Origin: Klebsormidium nitens
Taxonomy: Eukaryota; Plantae; Klebsormidiophyceae
Length of the DNA stretch: 64,000 nt
Direction of reading: 5' to 3'
NCBI GenBank assembly: GCA_000708835.1
Contig: DF236960.1
Coordinates: 396,847 to 460,846, forward strand
The translations under genes and the position numbers were made by a program. Positions 12,182 through 23,400 of this stretch are shown in pieces. The notes beneath the pieces are model-generated. The model worked only from the letters and a program-made list of their open reading frames with translations. It was not told where the DNA came from and made no database searches. Position 1 is the stretch's first letter. Every line of letters starts with the position of its first letter.

Positions 12182-14698
12182 CTACCGCGGCCGCTTCTTC
12201 GCCTGCGCTTTTCCGGCTCGCACGGACCTCCTTTTCCCTGCCACCTGGGCAACCCCTTTGGACTCCTGGCTTCTCGGGGGATCCCCCAGAGAGCCCCCTT
12301 CAGCTGAGTGAAAGGAACTTTCTGAGCCCGCGGCTTCCCGCTTCTCTAGTTCTCTCGCCCCTTCTCTATAGGAGGGATCCCCCTCCAGATTCTGTAAGAT
12401 TTCCGCCGCCATCTCCCGGACCCCTTCCTGCCCCTCAGCAGCCTTAGAAAGGTTCATGAGCCTTTGCACCGCCCCTTCCTCTCTGGCAATCATCTCCCGC
12501 CCTTGAGAGTCACCCGAAATGTTTCGCAGAACCTTAACCGCCTCCTTAACCACGTCCGCAGACCCACTCTCCAAAGCGCCGACCAAGCCCTGCACGCACC
12601 CTTCCGTTTGCGCCACCGCCCTTGCGGTGTCCCCGTCCACTGACAGTGACCCCAACGCCGCCGCCCCCGCTTCGCGCATCCCGTCCGATGCCCCGTCGGC
12701 CAGAAATTGTGACAGCAACGGAAACAGCCCCGGCAAAGCTGCCACCGACTTGCGAACCTTGGGGTCCTCCGCTAGGCCGTAAAACACCCAGGCAACGTGC
12801 TCCCGCACGCTCGCGCTTCCGCTCTTCAATAAACCGGTCAGCAGCGGCAAGCACCCGGGAATGGCGGCGATGTCCTTCTTGCTTGCAGGGTCTAAAGCCA
12901 TCTGCCCTAGGAGCGCCGCCGCCGCTTCCTGCACTGACTCTGCGCACTTTCCGTCCAGAATCCGCACAAGCACCTCCACCATTTGGAGATGTTTGGAAAA
13001 GGCAATGGCGGCACGGCCCTCGGGTTCGAACGCCAGGTTGTACAGCGCCGAAAGCGCAGTCTCCCGCACGATCGGCCTCTTGCACTCCACCAGGTCGAAG
13101 AGGCAGTCTACGCTACCCAGCTCCTTGACTATGGCTCTCGCTGTCTCGTTGTCGGTCGCCAGGTTTTGCAGGGTCTGCGCGGAGCTGACTTGCAGCTTCC
13201 AGCTCGCGTGGGTAAGGTTGGCGACCACTTTGGACAGGCACTCGGGAATTGCAGCCACCGCCTTCACGTCGTCATAGCCGTGCACCAGTCGCGCCAGCTC
13301 CTCTCCGGCTGTTTTCTGAACCCGTGCGCTCTCGTCATCAAGGACATCTACCAACCCCTGAAAAAGCCCGGGAACCTTAGCTGTTTTCAGCTGATCGAGC
13401 ACTGCAGACAAGCAAGCCGACGGGTTCATCCCATTCTCGTTGTTTCCAGTCAGCTTCGCAAGAACCTGCAAGACTCTGTGCGCTATTCTGATGTTCATGT
13501 GTGCTCCAGACTCCAGCGCTTGTATTGCAAACCCCACTAGACCGCGCACGCAGCCTGGAAGGCCCGCCAACACCTCCCGGCTCCCTGGATTAAACTGAAC
13601 AACCGAGAGCAGGATCCCAGCCGCGCGATGTTGGACCTCCTCCCCTTCAACTAGCTCAGCTTCGATCACAACATCTACCAACTTTTCCAGGTTCCCAGGC
13701 ACCCTCCCCAGGATCCGTTGTGCCTCAGGTTCGACAACCAACTTCTCTAGCAGGAGCACCGCAAGCTCTGTGTGAATTGGGGAGATGTCCGGGTCCAGGT
13801 TGCTCACTAACCCCTGCACAGCCCCCGGCATTCTGACAATTGCCTTCCGTGCTTCGGCGCTCCTCAGCAGGACGTGTTCCAGCTTCGTGAAAGCGAGCTC
13901 TTTCAGTGTCCAACTGTCATCGCAAGACAAAATGCTGAGGATCGTCTCCAGACCTTGAGGTAAATGAACTGTGGTTGGATTCTCCGATTCCTCGCCCGCA
14001 CCTCCAGTGCGCCACAAAAAAAGTTTCTTCAACTTGCTACAATCGACGAGGTATGACTCCCCTTCTAGTTGGTGTAGCTCTAAAACTTGGAGAGCTGGGA
14101 ATGCCTGAATGAAGGAGGCAAAGCTGACGCCAGGGACAGCAAAGCCATACAAAGATAGAGACTGGAGCGTCGCAAACGGTTTCAGAGGTATTGTAAAATC
14201 GAGAACAGTGGAAGGCATGTCTGGAAGGTTGTCCCACAGAGTAATGTCCAGTATTGTGAGCTTTCTGCATGCCTGGAGCAGTCTAAACACGCCCTCCCAG
14301 TTGACACAGAGCGGGTCACTGTCCCACACAAAGAGGCGCACTTCCACAAGGGTTTCCAGCGCCTGAGGAATGAGCAGAAGCAGGAAGGTCATCAAGCAGA
14401 GGTCCTCCCCTATGTAAAGAGCGATTCTCGTCAGCCGACTTGCAGATGCACTGCTACGAGCAAGCATGTAGCGCATGAATACCTCTTCGCACTCAGACCC
14501 AATCATGTAGTCCCATTCCAGACTCCCCGACGTGCGAACAACTGATTGGAAGCGCTTGGAAACCAGCTCAAGCTGCACCCTTTCCTTCGACTTCTCTCCA
14601 CCAATATCTAGGGGACGCCAGAGTCGTCTGTTCAGAATGTTCATTAGCAAGTCATCAGACAGCCGCTCGAAGGGGTTCTCATAGGCTGAGGAATCCAT
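12182..14698 (-). CDS. Intronless F-box + LRR-like + Armadillo-repeat protein (838 aa)
   Basis: N-terminal F-box (NPFERLSDDLLMNIL...LELVSKRFQSVV) and LxxLxL repeats (LQACRKLTILDI, FATLQSLSLYG, FPALQVLELHQL). At least 8 ARM-like repeats of ~41 aa follow (e.g. GCLPLLTGLLKSGSASVREHVAWVFYGLA). Basic C-terminus KRRSVRAGKAQAKKRPR. Confidence 0.9.
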   Translation of the reverse strand: MDSSAYENPFERLSDDLLMNILNRRLWRPLDIGGEKSKERVQLELVSKRFQSVVRTSGSLEWDYMIGSECEEVFMRYMLARSSASASRLTRIALYIGEDLCLMTFLLLLIPQALETLVEVRLFVWDSDPLCVNWEGVFRLLQACRKLTILDITLWDNLPDMPSTVLDFTIPLKPFATLQSLSLYGFAVPGVSFASFIQAFPALQVLELHQLEGESYLVDCSKLKKLFLWRTGGAGEESENPTTVHLPQGLETILSILSCDDSWTLKELAFTKLEHVLLRSAEARKAIVRMPGAVQGLVSNLDPDISPIHTELAVLLLEKLVVEPEAQRILGRVPGNLEKLVDVVIEAELVEGEEVQHRAAGILLSVVQFNPGSREVLAGLPGCVRGLVGFAIQALESGAHMNIRIAHRVLQVLAKLTGNNENGMNPSACLSAVLDQLKTAKVPGLFQGLVDVLDDESARVQKTAGEELARLVHGYDDVKAVAAIPECLSKVVANLTHASWKLQVSSAQTLQNLATDNETARAIVKELGSVDCLFDLVECKRPIVRETALSALYNLAFEPEGRAAIAFSKHLQMVEVLVRILDGKCAESVQEAAAALLGQMALDPASKKDIAAIPGCLPLLTGLLKSGSASVREHVAWVFYGLAEDPKVRKSVAALPGLFPLLSQFLADGASDGMREAGAAALGSLSVDGDTARAVAQTEGCVQGLVGALESGSADVVKEAVKVLRNISGDSQGREMIAREEGAVQRLMNLSKAAEGQEGVREMAAEILQNLEGDPSYREGARELEKREAAGSESSFHSAEGGSLGDPPRSQESKGVAQVAGKRRSVRAGKAQAKKRPR

Positions 14699-15238
14699 CG
14701 CGAAAGGCCGAAAAAGCGGGTCGCACGATGCGAGAGGAGGAGGGACTACAATGCAGGAAGAGCTTCCTTGAAATTGTCTACAGGGCCTGATGCATCTGCT
14801 GTGGCGGGCTCCGGCCAGAAACTGAGAAAGGGCTAGCGCAGAAGCTTTGTGTTCCCCGCCGACTTAATCCAACATTTGCAAATGCCGGTTACAAACGCCG
14901 TCAGACCGTCTCCCACAACCCGTATGGTTGTGCTGTATGGTTCTGCGGCTTCCGTTGACGTCCGTTGCCGGTCAATGTATTACCCTTGTATGCATTTTCT
15001 CGAGGGGGAACATGATACGCCTGAAGGAAGGAAGGCACTTGAAAGGGTGAAGCTAGGTGGCTATGTACACAGATGTCTACAGTGCTCAGGAGAGGCTCTA
15101 GCATCTAGCTAGTCTAGTAGTGGTACTGTAGTAGAACTGCCACTGGCAGTTCCCTTTCTCAAAGAATCTGCATTGAAGATGACTACTTTCAGAGCAGGCC
15201 TCAAATCTGCATTTCTCTAGCTAGGGCTGAGGGACAGC

Positions 15239-17578
15239 ATGGGTCCTTCTGCGGACAACCCCTTTGATCGGCTGCCTGATGAGTTGGTCCTGGAGATCCT
15301 ACAGATGCTCCTGTGGCGCCCATTTCATTTTGGCCCGGATAAGGCAAAGGGAAGGGTGCGGCTGGAGGTTGTTTGCAGGAGGTTCCAAGCGCTGGTGCGT
15401 GCGTCAGGGAGCCTTGAGTGGGATCTTGCAACTGATGAGCAGGATGAAGCTGCTTATGTGCGATACATGCTTGCACAGTTGGACGCAGCGAGGCCATTGA
15501 GCAGGTTTGCTTTGCACATGCACGCCGACGTCTCCTTGATGACCTTTCTCCAAATGGTCATCCCCCACTCACTGAGGACCCTTGCGGAAGTGCGCCTGTT
15601 TTTGGTAGGTGATGACAAACCCTGTGTCAATTGGGAGAGTTCATTTAACCTTCTTCAGGCCTGCGACAAGCTCGCAGCATTGGACATCTGGCTATTGAAC
15701 TGTAGCCCCAAGGTCCCTTCCACGAGTCTGGACTTTTCAACACCTCTGAAGTCCTTTAGGTCGCTCCAGTCTTTGACCCTGTATGGTTTCCACATCAAGA
15801 AGTTCGCTGCTTTTATCCAGTCATTCCCTGTGCTTAAGAAACTAGAGGTCCATCACAAGGCTGGCCAAGAGGACATTGTCCCTCCAAGCTCCCTCCAAAA
15901 GCTCTTCTGGTGGGGTAACAAGAGCGGAAGAATAGATTGGGAAAATCCAGCAGAGGTCCATGTGCCAGCGAGCCTGACAATGTTGCTGAGCATTGTGAGG
16001 ACCGGAGAAAGGTGGATGGGAAGCGACTTGTCGGTGATGTTGGACCGCCTGTTGGATGACGAAGTTGCAATCCAGAAAGCACTTGTGCGAGTGCCAGGAG
16101 CTGTGCAGGACGTGCTGAGCTTGTTTGATGTCGAGGTTGACTTTGAATATCATGAGCACATTGTGAACGTCTTACTGAAACTCTCCTGTGAGCCTGAAGC
16201 GAAGGAGGTTCTCGCTAGCAGGGTAGAGAACCTAGAGGTCTTAGTGTCCCTTCTGGTCGATGATGAACTTGTATACGATCAGGCAGAAATATGTGAAATC
16301 GTCGCAACCATTCTGCTGAGGGTCCTGTCTTCTAACATTGAGAGCCGAAAGACAATCGCAAGGCTTACCAATTACGTACGTAATCTGGTAGGACTGGCCA
16401 TCAGAACTTGGGATTCTAGGTGGGACTGGCGCGTGGCAAAAGATGCTTTGGAGATGCTGGCTTACCTGACACCTGAGCCTGAAGTTGTGAAATCTTTTAC
16501 TAACGACCCTGACGGCCTTCAGAAGATTCTCAAGGAGTTGGCAGTAAGCAGCATACCAGGGCTCTATGAGGGTCTAGTTGAGTTTCTGGATGCTAGGAGG
16601 GAGGTGCGTGAAACAGCTGTAGATGCGCTCACGAGCCTCGTCAAAAGCTCTCAGGAAGTGAAGGCCGTAGCTGCGGTGCCAGGGTGCATTGAGAAGCTCG
16701 TTAGCCTTTTGAAGGATCCAAGCTCAGAGGTGCAAGAGAAGTCGGCGTGCTTGCTGCAAAGCTTGGCTGCGGGGGAAGACACTGCCAGGGCCATCGCTAA
16801 GGTACCAGGCTGTTTACAGAGCTTAGGGCAACTGTTGCAGAGCAAAAGGGCAGGCGCACAAGGAGCGGCCGCACCGGTGCTCTTGGCGATTACGGCTGAT
16901 CCTGAAGACCGTAAAGCTATAGCATCTGTTCCACTGGTGTTGCAGAATCTGAGGTGGCTTTTGGAGTGCTCTGGCGAGGTGCAAGAGGCAGCAGCGGCGA
17001 TTTTGGGGCGCTTGTCGGAGGATGCAGAAAGCAGGAACAGCATAGCCTCCACTCCAGGATGCCTGCAACGACTGAACTTCCTCCTGGAATGCAAGAACGC
17101 CGCTGTCCGCAAAGATGCCCTGCGAGTGTTTGAAAGCGTCTCCCAAGATTTCACCAGTCGACGGGGGGTGGCCCATCTGCCAGGTGTCTTTCAGCGACTG
17201 GTGGAGCTACTGGCTGGTGAAGCCAAGGATGCGGAGACCCAATGCTTAGCGGCAGGGGCTCTGGGAAGATTGGCGGCTGATCCCGAGATTGCAGGCGCGT
17301 TGGCCCGGGTGCCTGGGTGCGTGCTAAGCCTAGTTAAACTTCTGGAGTCTGAGTTTGAGGAGGTGCAATCAGCTGTTGTGCAGTGCTTAGAGAATCTGGC
17401 AGTGCACTTGGAAAGCCGCAAGGCCGTTGCTGCTTTCTTGCCGCAGCTCGTGTTGCTCTCATACGTGGCGAATCGAGATCAGGTGCGCAGAGCGGTAGCG
17501 AAAGTCATGCAGACTCTGGAAAGAGACTCGATGAGGGGAACGGCTGCCATGGTACCGGGGTTGGGCGTTGGGACGTGA
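15239..17578 (+). CDS. Intronless F-box + LRR-like + Armadillo-repeat protein (779 aa), paralogue of 12182-14698
   Basis: F-box NPFDRLPDELVLEILQMLLW...RLEVVCRRFQALV. Colinear with the minus-strand paralogue (GSLEWD, LMTFL, PCVNWE, LQAC.KL..LDI.L, LDF.TPLK.F..LQSL.LYGF). ARM repeats such as GCIEKLVSLLKDPSSEVQEKSACLLQSLA. Confidence 0.9.
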   Translation: MGPSADNPFDRLPDELVLEILQMLLWRPFHFGPDKAKGRVRLEVVCRRFQALVRASGSLEWDLATDEQDEAAYVRYMLAQLDAARPLSRFALHMHADVSLMTFLQMVIPHSLRTLAEVRLFLVGDDKPCVNWESSFNLLQACDKLAALDIWLLNCSPKVPSTSLDFSTPLKSFRSLQSLTLYGFHIKKFAAFIQSFPVLKKLEVHHKAGQEDIVPPSSLQKLFWWGNKSGRIDWENPAEVHVPASLTMLLSIVRTGERWMGSDLSVMLDRLLDDEVAIQKALVRVPGAVQDVLSLFDVEVDFEYHEHIVNVLLKLSCEPEAKEVLASRVENLEVLVSLLVDDELVYDQAEICEIVATILLRVLSSNIESRKTIARLTNYVRNLVGLAIRTWDSRWDWRVAKDALEMLAYLTPEPEVVKSFTNDPDGLQKILKELAVSSIPGLYEGLVEFLDARREVRETAVDALTSLVKSSQEVKAVAAVPGCIEKLVSLLKDPSSEVQEKSACLLQSLAAGEDTARAIAKVPGCLQSLGQLLQSKRAGAQGAAAPVLLAITADPEDRKAIASVPLVLQNLRWLLECSGEVQEAAAAILGRLSEDAESRNSIASTPGCLQRLNFLLECKNAAVRKDALRVFESVSQDFTSRRGVAHLPGVFQRLVELLAGEAKDAETQCLAAGALGRLAADPEIAGALARVPGCVLSLVKLLESEFEEVQSAVVQCLENLAVHLESRKAVAAFLPQLVLLSYVANRDQVRRAVAKVMQTLERDSMRGTAAMVPGLGVGT

Positions 17579-19800
17579 GAAGATGGTCCAAGATTAAGGC
17601 TCGTCAGAAGCAGGTGAGTCTAACAGGTCCCTTGAGGGGGGAATATTCCCGGACTCCATTGGTTGCTCCCAATATGTATGCCAGTGTCGGGCTCGATAAG
17701 CAATCCAAAAACAGGACAAGCGCTTATCATCAGTCAGATTAGAAAAGCTCACTGCTTTATCAATCTCTCTTCTTCGATTTGGTGACACTTCGGAGGTCTG
17801 ACGTCAGCTCCCACATAGCATCAGTCAAAGAACGCAATTTCACTTATGGTTTACCTAGCACTACTGGACAATGTTTTCGCGAACATTCTGCTTGTAAGAA
17901 CCCTTTCCTTGATCGACCTGGCAGCCAACGTGAATCTGCAGCATTTGAACGAGTCATAGAAAAATGAGATGCTATTATATGCCGGCGTGGAACGTCGAAT
18001 TCGCTTCCCTGCTGAGCTTATGCCAACCTTCAGCTTGAGCGGGAGAACTCTTTCTTTTCAAAAACAGGTGAGCAGATATGTCAGCACTGAACGGAGTACA
18101 TCGATTCTATAGCTTGTCCCTGATTCTTGCTCTTTGTCTCACATAGGTGACTGACGTGGTCCGTAAAGCGTGCTTTCTGGTGCTGGATACGGGTTTCGGA
18201 CAGCAATGCTTACATGACAGCTGCAAGGGGATAGTGACGTCATCATCAAAAGTGAGTCCGGGCTTTTTGAAGGTTACAGTTACAGTAGATACAGGATCTG
18301 CCTTTGGGCCTGAAAGGACACAGTAGATTACCTGTGTGTGCATGCATTAGATTCAATCAAACGCCAACCTAAAAGTTTTAGACAGTACCGCCGGGAGCTT
18401 GTTAGCCAGTTGTAAATGAATGGCGAGACAGTTAGGCTTGTCTGAGTTTGCGACGCTGTGATAGATTGCACGAGTTAAAGGCACCACTCAGCTCCATGTT
18501 GAACATCATGGCATTGAGCTTACGTTGTCCAACTTTGTCGAAAAATCAAGTCACTAGCGCCTACCGCCTGGCAGGTTCATGGTTGCGCTCAGTCAACCGC
18601 TTGTCCAATAGGTGGATACGTCTCAGCCAGCACGCTGATCAATATGGCTGCGATTCCGCCCAGCCGTCCTTCGTAACCACCTGATCTGGCATGTCTGCGT
18701 ATTCTGTGCATTCATGTCAACGATCATAATCTTTTGACACATGATGCAGCGCCGCCTGGAACGGTTAGGCACATCGAAAATGTTCCAATTATGATTGTAA
18801 TGTAGTATGGATTCGTATGACCGTCCATCATTGATCGTGATCCAATGTACGTGACCGACTGCGCGCGGCAAGGCCGCCCTGCTGGCGCCTGAACTCTGGG
18901 ATGCCATGTAATAGCCGTTGCCCAAATGATCCATTGACGCAAATTTTTGCCACGTACGCATGATTTTGCGGCGCAGGCCAGGGCGATTTCAACAAGGCGG
19001 CGCCGGGCCTGGCATGCCCCTGGCATGCTAGTGACCACCAATGGTTGTCATGCCGCGCTTTGATCGAGCGTCAGTCCAAAAAGGCTGTCGATCACAGTTG
19101 GTTTCACGGCCTATCGGCCTATCCCCTAAATCCGTCGCGCAAGACGTCTGGACAATGCTCTAGCTGGAATCAATTACCGTACGAGCAGGCTGGCGACCCT
19201 CTGGCGGCGCGCTCACGAGTCCACTAACTTTAGCCGCGGCGTGGGCATCGAACCTCCGCAAGGCAGGCACTAATACACCCCTGATACACCGATGACTTGA
19301 ACACATTTGGCCATGCACGGACGTAATATACATGTGTGACAGTACCGCCGCTTCAACTTCAACCCGGCTGATTGGGACGCTTAGTACAGGCTGCACAGAG
19401 ACGGTTTGCACAGGCGCTCAGGACGCTTGTTACGTACAAGCTGCACGTCGCGCTGTCCGGGATTTGAAAACATGGCACTCGGAGCTAGCTTCTGAGTCTA
19501 TGAAAAGGTTCATAGCGGATCGACAGCGACAAGGTCGATATCATTGCTCAAGGTTCTGCCCTGAGGGAGCCGCCCCCATTGCTTTGTCCGTACGTACTAG
19601 CGGACTTAGCGGGCCGAAACCCGCCGCGCTCTTATGGTGTCGCGTGAGCGCGCTGCGCGCGGACGCGGGCGCGACTGGACCGTCGGGCCAGACTCGGACT
19701 CGGAATTCCAGGGGAATTCCTTGTACCGGGGTAGTCAAGCGTCCGCGTCGCGTACCCCTCCACTCTTCGTCTCTGGCGACAATTATCAGCAGGAACGTAG

Positions 19801-20235
19801 CCCGGGTAGGCAACTCAAGTTTTAAACACAGGGGGTAAGTTTTAAAACATAGCCTCTGGTTTTGTTTTAAACCTTGAGAAAAGGTTTAAAACTTGGTTAA
19901 ACCTGTTTTAAACTGGTTTTAACGTGTTTAAAACGTGTTTAAAACGTGTTTAACACATGTTTATATTTTATTTTATTAATTTAATCTTAAATGGAGAGGG
20001 CCGCTAGTACCTACCCCCATGTATTAATAAAATCCGGTTTTAAACATGTTTATATGTGTTTAAAACAAACCCCCCGGGGTCATTTTAAACATGGGGTAGG
20101 CCAAATCGACTTTTCTCGATGTGAGGAACCCGATGGTTTTGGAATAAACAGTAAATGCCAACGGTTTTAACGAACTAAAAGATGTTTCATGAAAAAAAAA
20201 CATGGACTTTTCCTGCCGCGAGTTGCCGCCCCGGG
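19801..20235. mobile_element. Non-autonomous DNA transposon (MITE-like), 435 bp
   Basis: The left end CCCGGGTAGGCAACTC (19801-19816) and the reverse complement of the right end CCCGGGGCGGCAACTC (20220-20235) match at 14/16. Both sides carry the 8-bp direct repeat GAACGTAG (19793-19800 and 20236-20243). The interior is AT-rich with many GTTT(T)AAA(A)C motifs in an otherwise GC-balanced region. Confidence 0.85.
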
Positions 20236-20492
20236 GAACGTAGTCAAACGGTCGCTCCAAAATCGAGTTCCGGAACCCGTTCCGGATACCCAAGTACGCT
20301 TTGATGTGACCGCGTATTCTATGTCACTGTGCAAAAGGCGAGCAGTGGATACTGGGTCTCTGTGAAAGTGGGAGTGACAAAAAAGTTGAAGAGCGCCTGC
20401 TGCCAGAGTCGCGGAGGTTTGACGCGCCCTTACGTCTACTAGTCGCGAGCACACTTGAAGTCCTTTTGCATCCCACAAGAAGCAGACCGAGT

Positions 20493-23400
20493 ATGGCGTT
20501 CGTCGCCGCGTTCGCTCCAAGGTTGGCATTGTCATGCTTTTGCATCGAACAGAGGCGCTTGGGCGCTCCAAAGGGTGTCTATGATCGTAAGCTTGGGGGC
20601 ATCACGCCAGGCATCCCAACGCCAGCACGATCAGCTCCCTTGTCAAAGAGATTACCGGTGCTGACAAGAATGATGAGTCGGGGAAATTCCAGTTCCGGCC
20701 TGAAACGGAACGGCCTCAATCACAATGCTTGGGAGCTTGTGATGCCTCTTTTTGGGTCTCAGCGGGATGCGATTGGTAGGAAAGGGAGGGGCCGTTTTTG
20801 TTCAGAAATGGCCAATGATTCCCATAACTCTGACCCGGCTTGGTCAAATCGTTCTTTTCAGACCCTCCTGCAAAGCCATAAATCTTCAGACTCTGAAAGC
20901 CTTGCTGCTCACACAGAAGCGAATCCCAGTAAACCCAAGGTTGAGCAATACTCGAATGAAGCTCAGACACGTGGCAGCATTTTCGAGAGCCCACTTCACC
21001 TCGAGGAATTGGAGCTGCCAGCAGAGACCAAAAGGTATATTCGTGTTCTCAGGAATCCTTATCAGGGAAGCCTGGTCTACCTGATTGGCACCGCCCACGT
21101 GTCCAAAGCCAGTCAAGATGACGTCAGGCTGCTCATTGAGGCAGTCATGCCGGACGTCGTAGCTGTAGAGGTGAGATTGATTTGTCGTCAATCTATGGCT
21201 TTCACGTTACTACGGAACTGAAAAACGTTGCGTTACGTCCAAACTACTTTAGCATATGCCAAGGCGGGTGAAAGTCAAGCGTGTGGCCGTCATGTGCAAG
21301 GGGCGATTTAGATCGCTTCAATCCTTGCTTTTGAACAATCAAGACGGTCTAAATGATCCGCAGCCCAAGCTTCGCAACTGTTACACAGCGGACTTGAGCA
21401 TGGCTGTTAGACGGTCTTAATCGTAATTTTGAATCTGGCCAACTTTGTTTACAGTCTGAAAGTCACTAATATTTGTGGTTATAGTCACGTCTACCTATAG
21501 CATTTTGTACTGAATCAGGGATGGGCGGAACACAGCTTGTGAACTCATCACAACACTAGGCTTATCCTTGGTCAGCATGTTTCGATTATCGTTCTCTCAA
21601 GTGCAAGCACTGCGTTGACCTTCAAGTTTCCCATGGCCAACTTTCTTTGAAGAAGCTCAAAGTATCCACTTCAAAAATCAGCTGCTGTCCACGACTTTTC
21701 GCAGCTGGACGAAGAAAGACTCGAGCTCTTTGAGTGTGGGTTGATGGAGGTAGTCAACTTTGCAATTGAAACGACGTGGGAGGTGAGGCTGTCACTCCCC
21801 TATCCCCCTACTTCGGCACGTGGACAAATAGGGTCAGATTTTTCATATTTTACTGAGATCACTTGAGAATTGCTTTGCAATCTCAAGGAAGTCTTCATGA
21901 ATATTGTGCCTTTTCCTTTGGAATCTGTCTTCAATGTTTGACGTGTATACGGTCGCATTAAGTTTAGGAACAATAATTGTAGCGAGTCACGCGTATAGGA
22001 TTCAGCGTATGATTGCACCCTGCCTAGATATCGAGTCCGGTTTGAACCGGCGCGCTCACGTATATCCGATCAGCAGATAATCTGCTACAGCTATAAAGTT
22101 TTACATTTCAGAATCTTGCTGATGAGTGCTGAGAATCGTTCAGGTGTTGGATACGGTACGCACACGCTATTCGGGCAACTTCTTCAAGCTTTGGTCCACA
22201 TACCATCCCAGCTTCCAGGCCCAAGTAAGTCGGGTTACCTTGACATTCTCGCCTTTCTTCATGTTGCGAGGCGTTTTGAAGCGTCCGCTTTGGACCGGAG
22301 ACCTCCAGACGAATTGGCGGACCAGAAGCGACGTCAGCCAGCTAGCAATTCCAGGCCCTCCCTCCCTCATTCAAGCCTCAAGACTTCAAGAAACTTCATT
22401 TCTGTTTAACGCTCTCTTAAGATTGCAAAGCTTCGAGTCCAGCACGGTCGTCAGAGTGATTAGGAATCGGTGCAGCTTTGATACCACTTTGATGGCTACA
22501 GTCAGGAGCGTGGGATTAGCCCGCGAAATGGACCAGCCCATCTAGTCCATAGATACCACTCGTGGTTTTCAACACCAGTGGTTTTAGAAGGTAACGTGGG
22601 GGTTCCGATGCCTCAGGCAAAGAGATAGGCCGACTGTGCCAACGCCAGATTGGGTTAAGCCACGCGGGGGGATCCCTCCGGCTCAGGATGCGACTATCGA
22701 CTGCGTCCGCCAGATATAGCGAGGCGGCCACATTCTGTCCCTCTCGCAATCAGCCACTACTGGGATTGAGGTTCTAGTCATCGTAAGCTGGTGGCTTCCA
22801 ATCTGAAGTGCGGAATACAACTTTCCTTGCAGTCTCTGGGAGTCTCCTATGCGTGCGACGTCCGCTCAGCGATCCACGCGGCCGCAATAGTTGGCGCCCG
22901 CGTCCTGCCCATCGACCAGTAAGTGCATCTGGTGTGCTGGGAACCAAGGATTGTGGACGACTTGCACGATCTCGAGCGCAGGCTCCCAGTGTTGTATGGC
23001 GCTTGGGCTTGTTGATCGGGAAGTGTGACAAGAGCAGCTTTTTGATCTGCCTAAGCCTCCGCCTGGTTGAAAAGCAGCTAGCGCGCCGTTACCAACCTGT
23101 GAAACTAAGCATCCACCTACAGATGTCCAGTCAGAAGCAGACCCAATGAGTTGCCTTCCGATTTGTGGAAACCGACTCCAGTGCGACATCAATGCACCGT
23201 ACAGGCTCCCGACTCGTTGTACGCCCTCACTAAAAGGCAGTTCGGCCTTGATAAAAGGCATTGGTCGAGAAACGGAATTGGGTCGCTTATTGCATCGACA
23301 TGAAACATAACTTGCGGTAAAAAGCGGTTGGCTAAGTTTATATCGACCCCTTGTCCAGTCACACAATGAGAACCTAGAATGCTTCGATAGAACCAGTATC

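Noticed and set aside
12519-13540. Several long overlapping ORFs (12519..12782, 12546..13085, 12622..13128, 12861..13277, 12983..13540)
   Set aside because: Alternative-frame or antisense shadows of the ARM-repeat CDS.
18623-18961. RRRCIMC resembling the start of a piggyBac Cys-rich domain
   Set aside because: The remaining Cys/His ligands are absent and no TTAA-flanked termini were seen.
19820-20070. Short AT-rich repeated motifs considered as a CRISPR array or telomere-like repeat
   Set aside because: There is no constant repeat with unique spacers and no regular period; the motifs are better explained as the interior of the TIR/TSD-bounded element.
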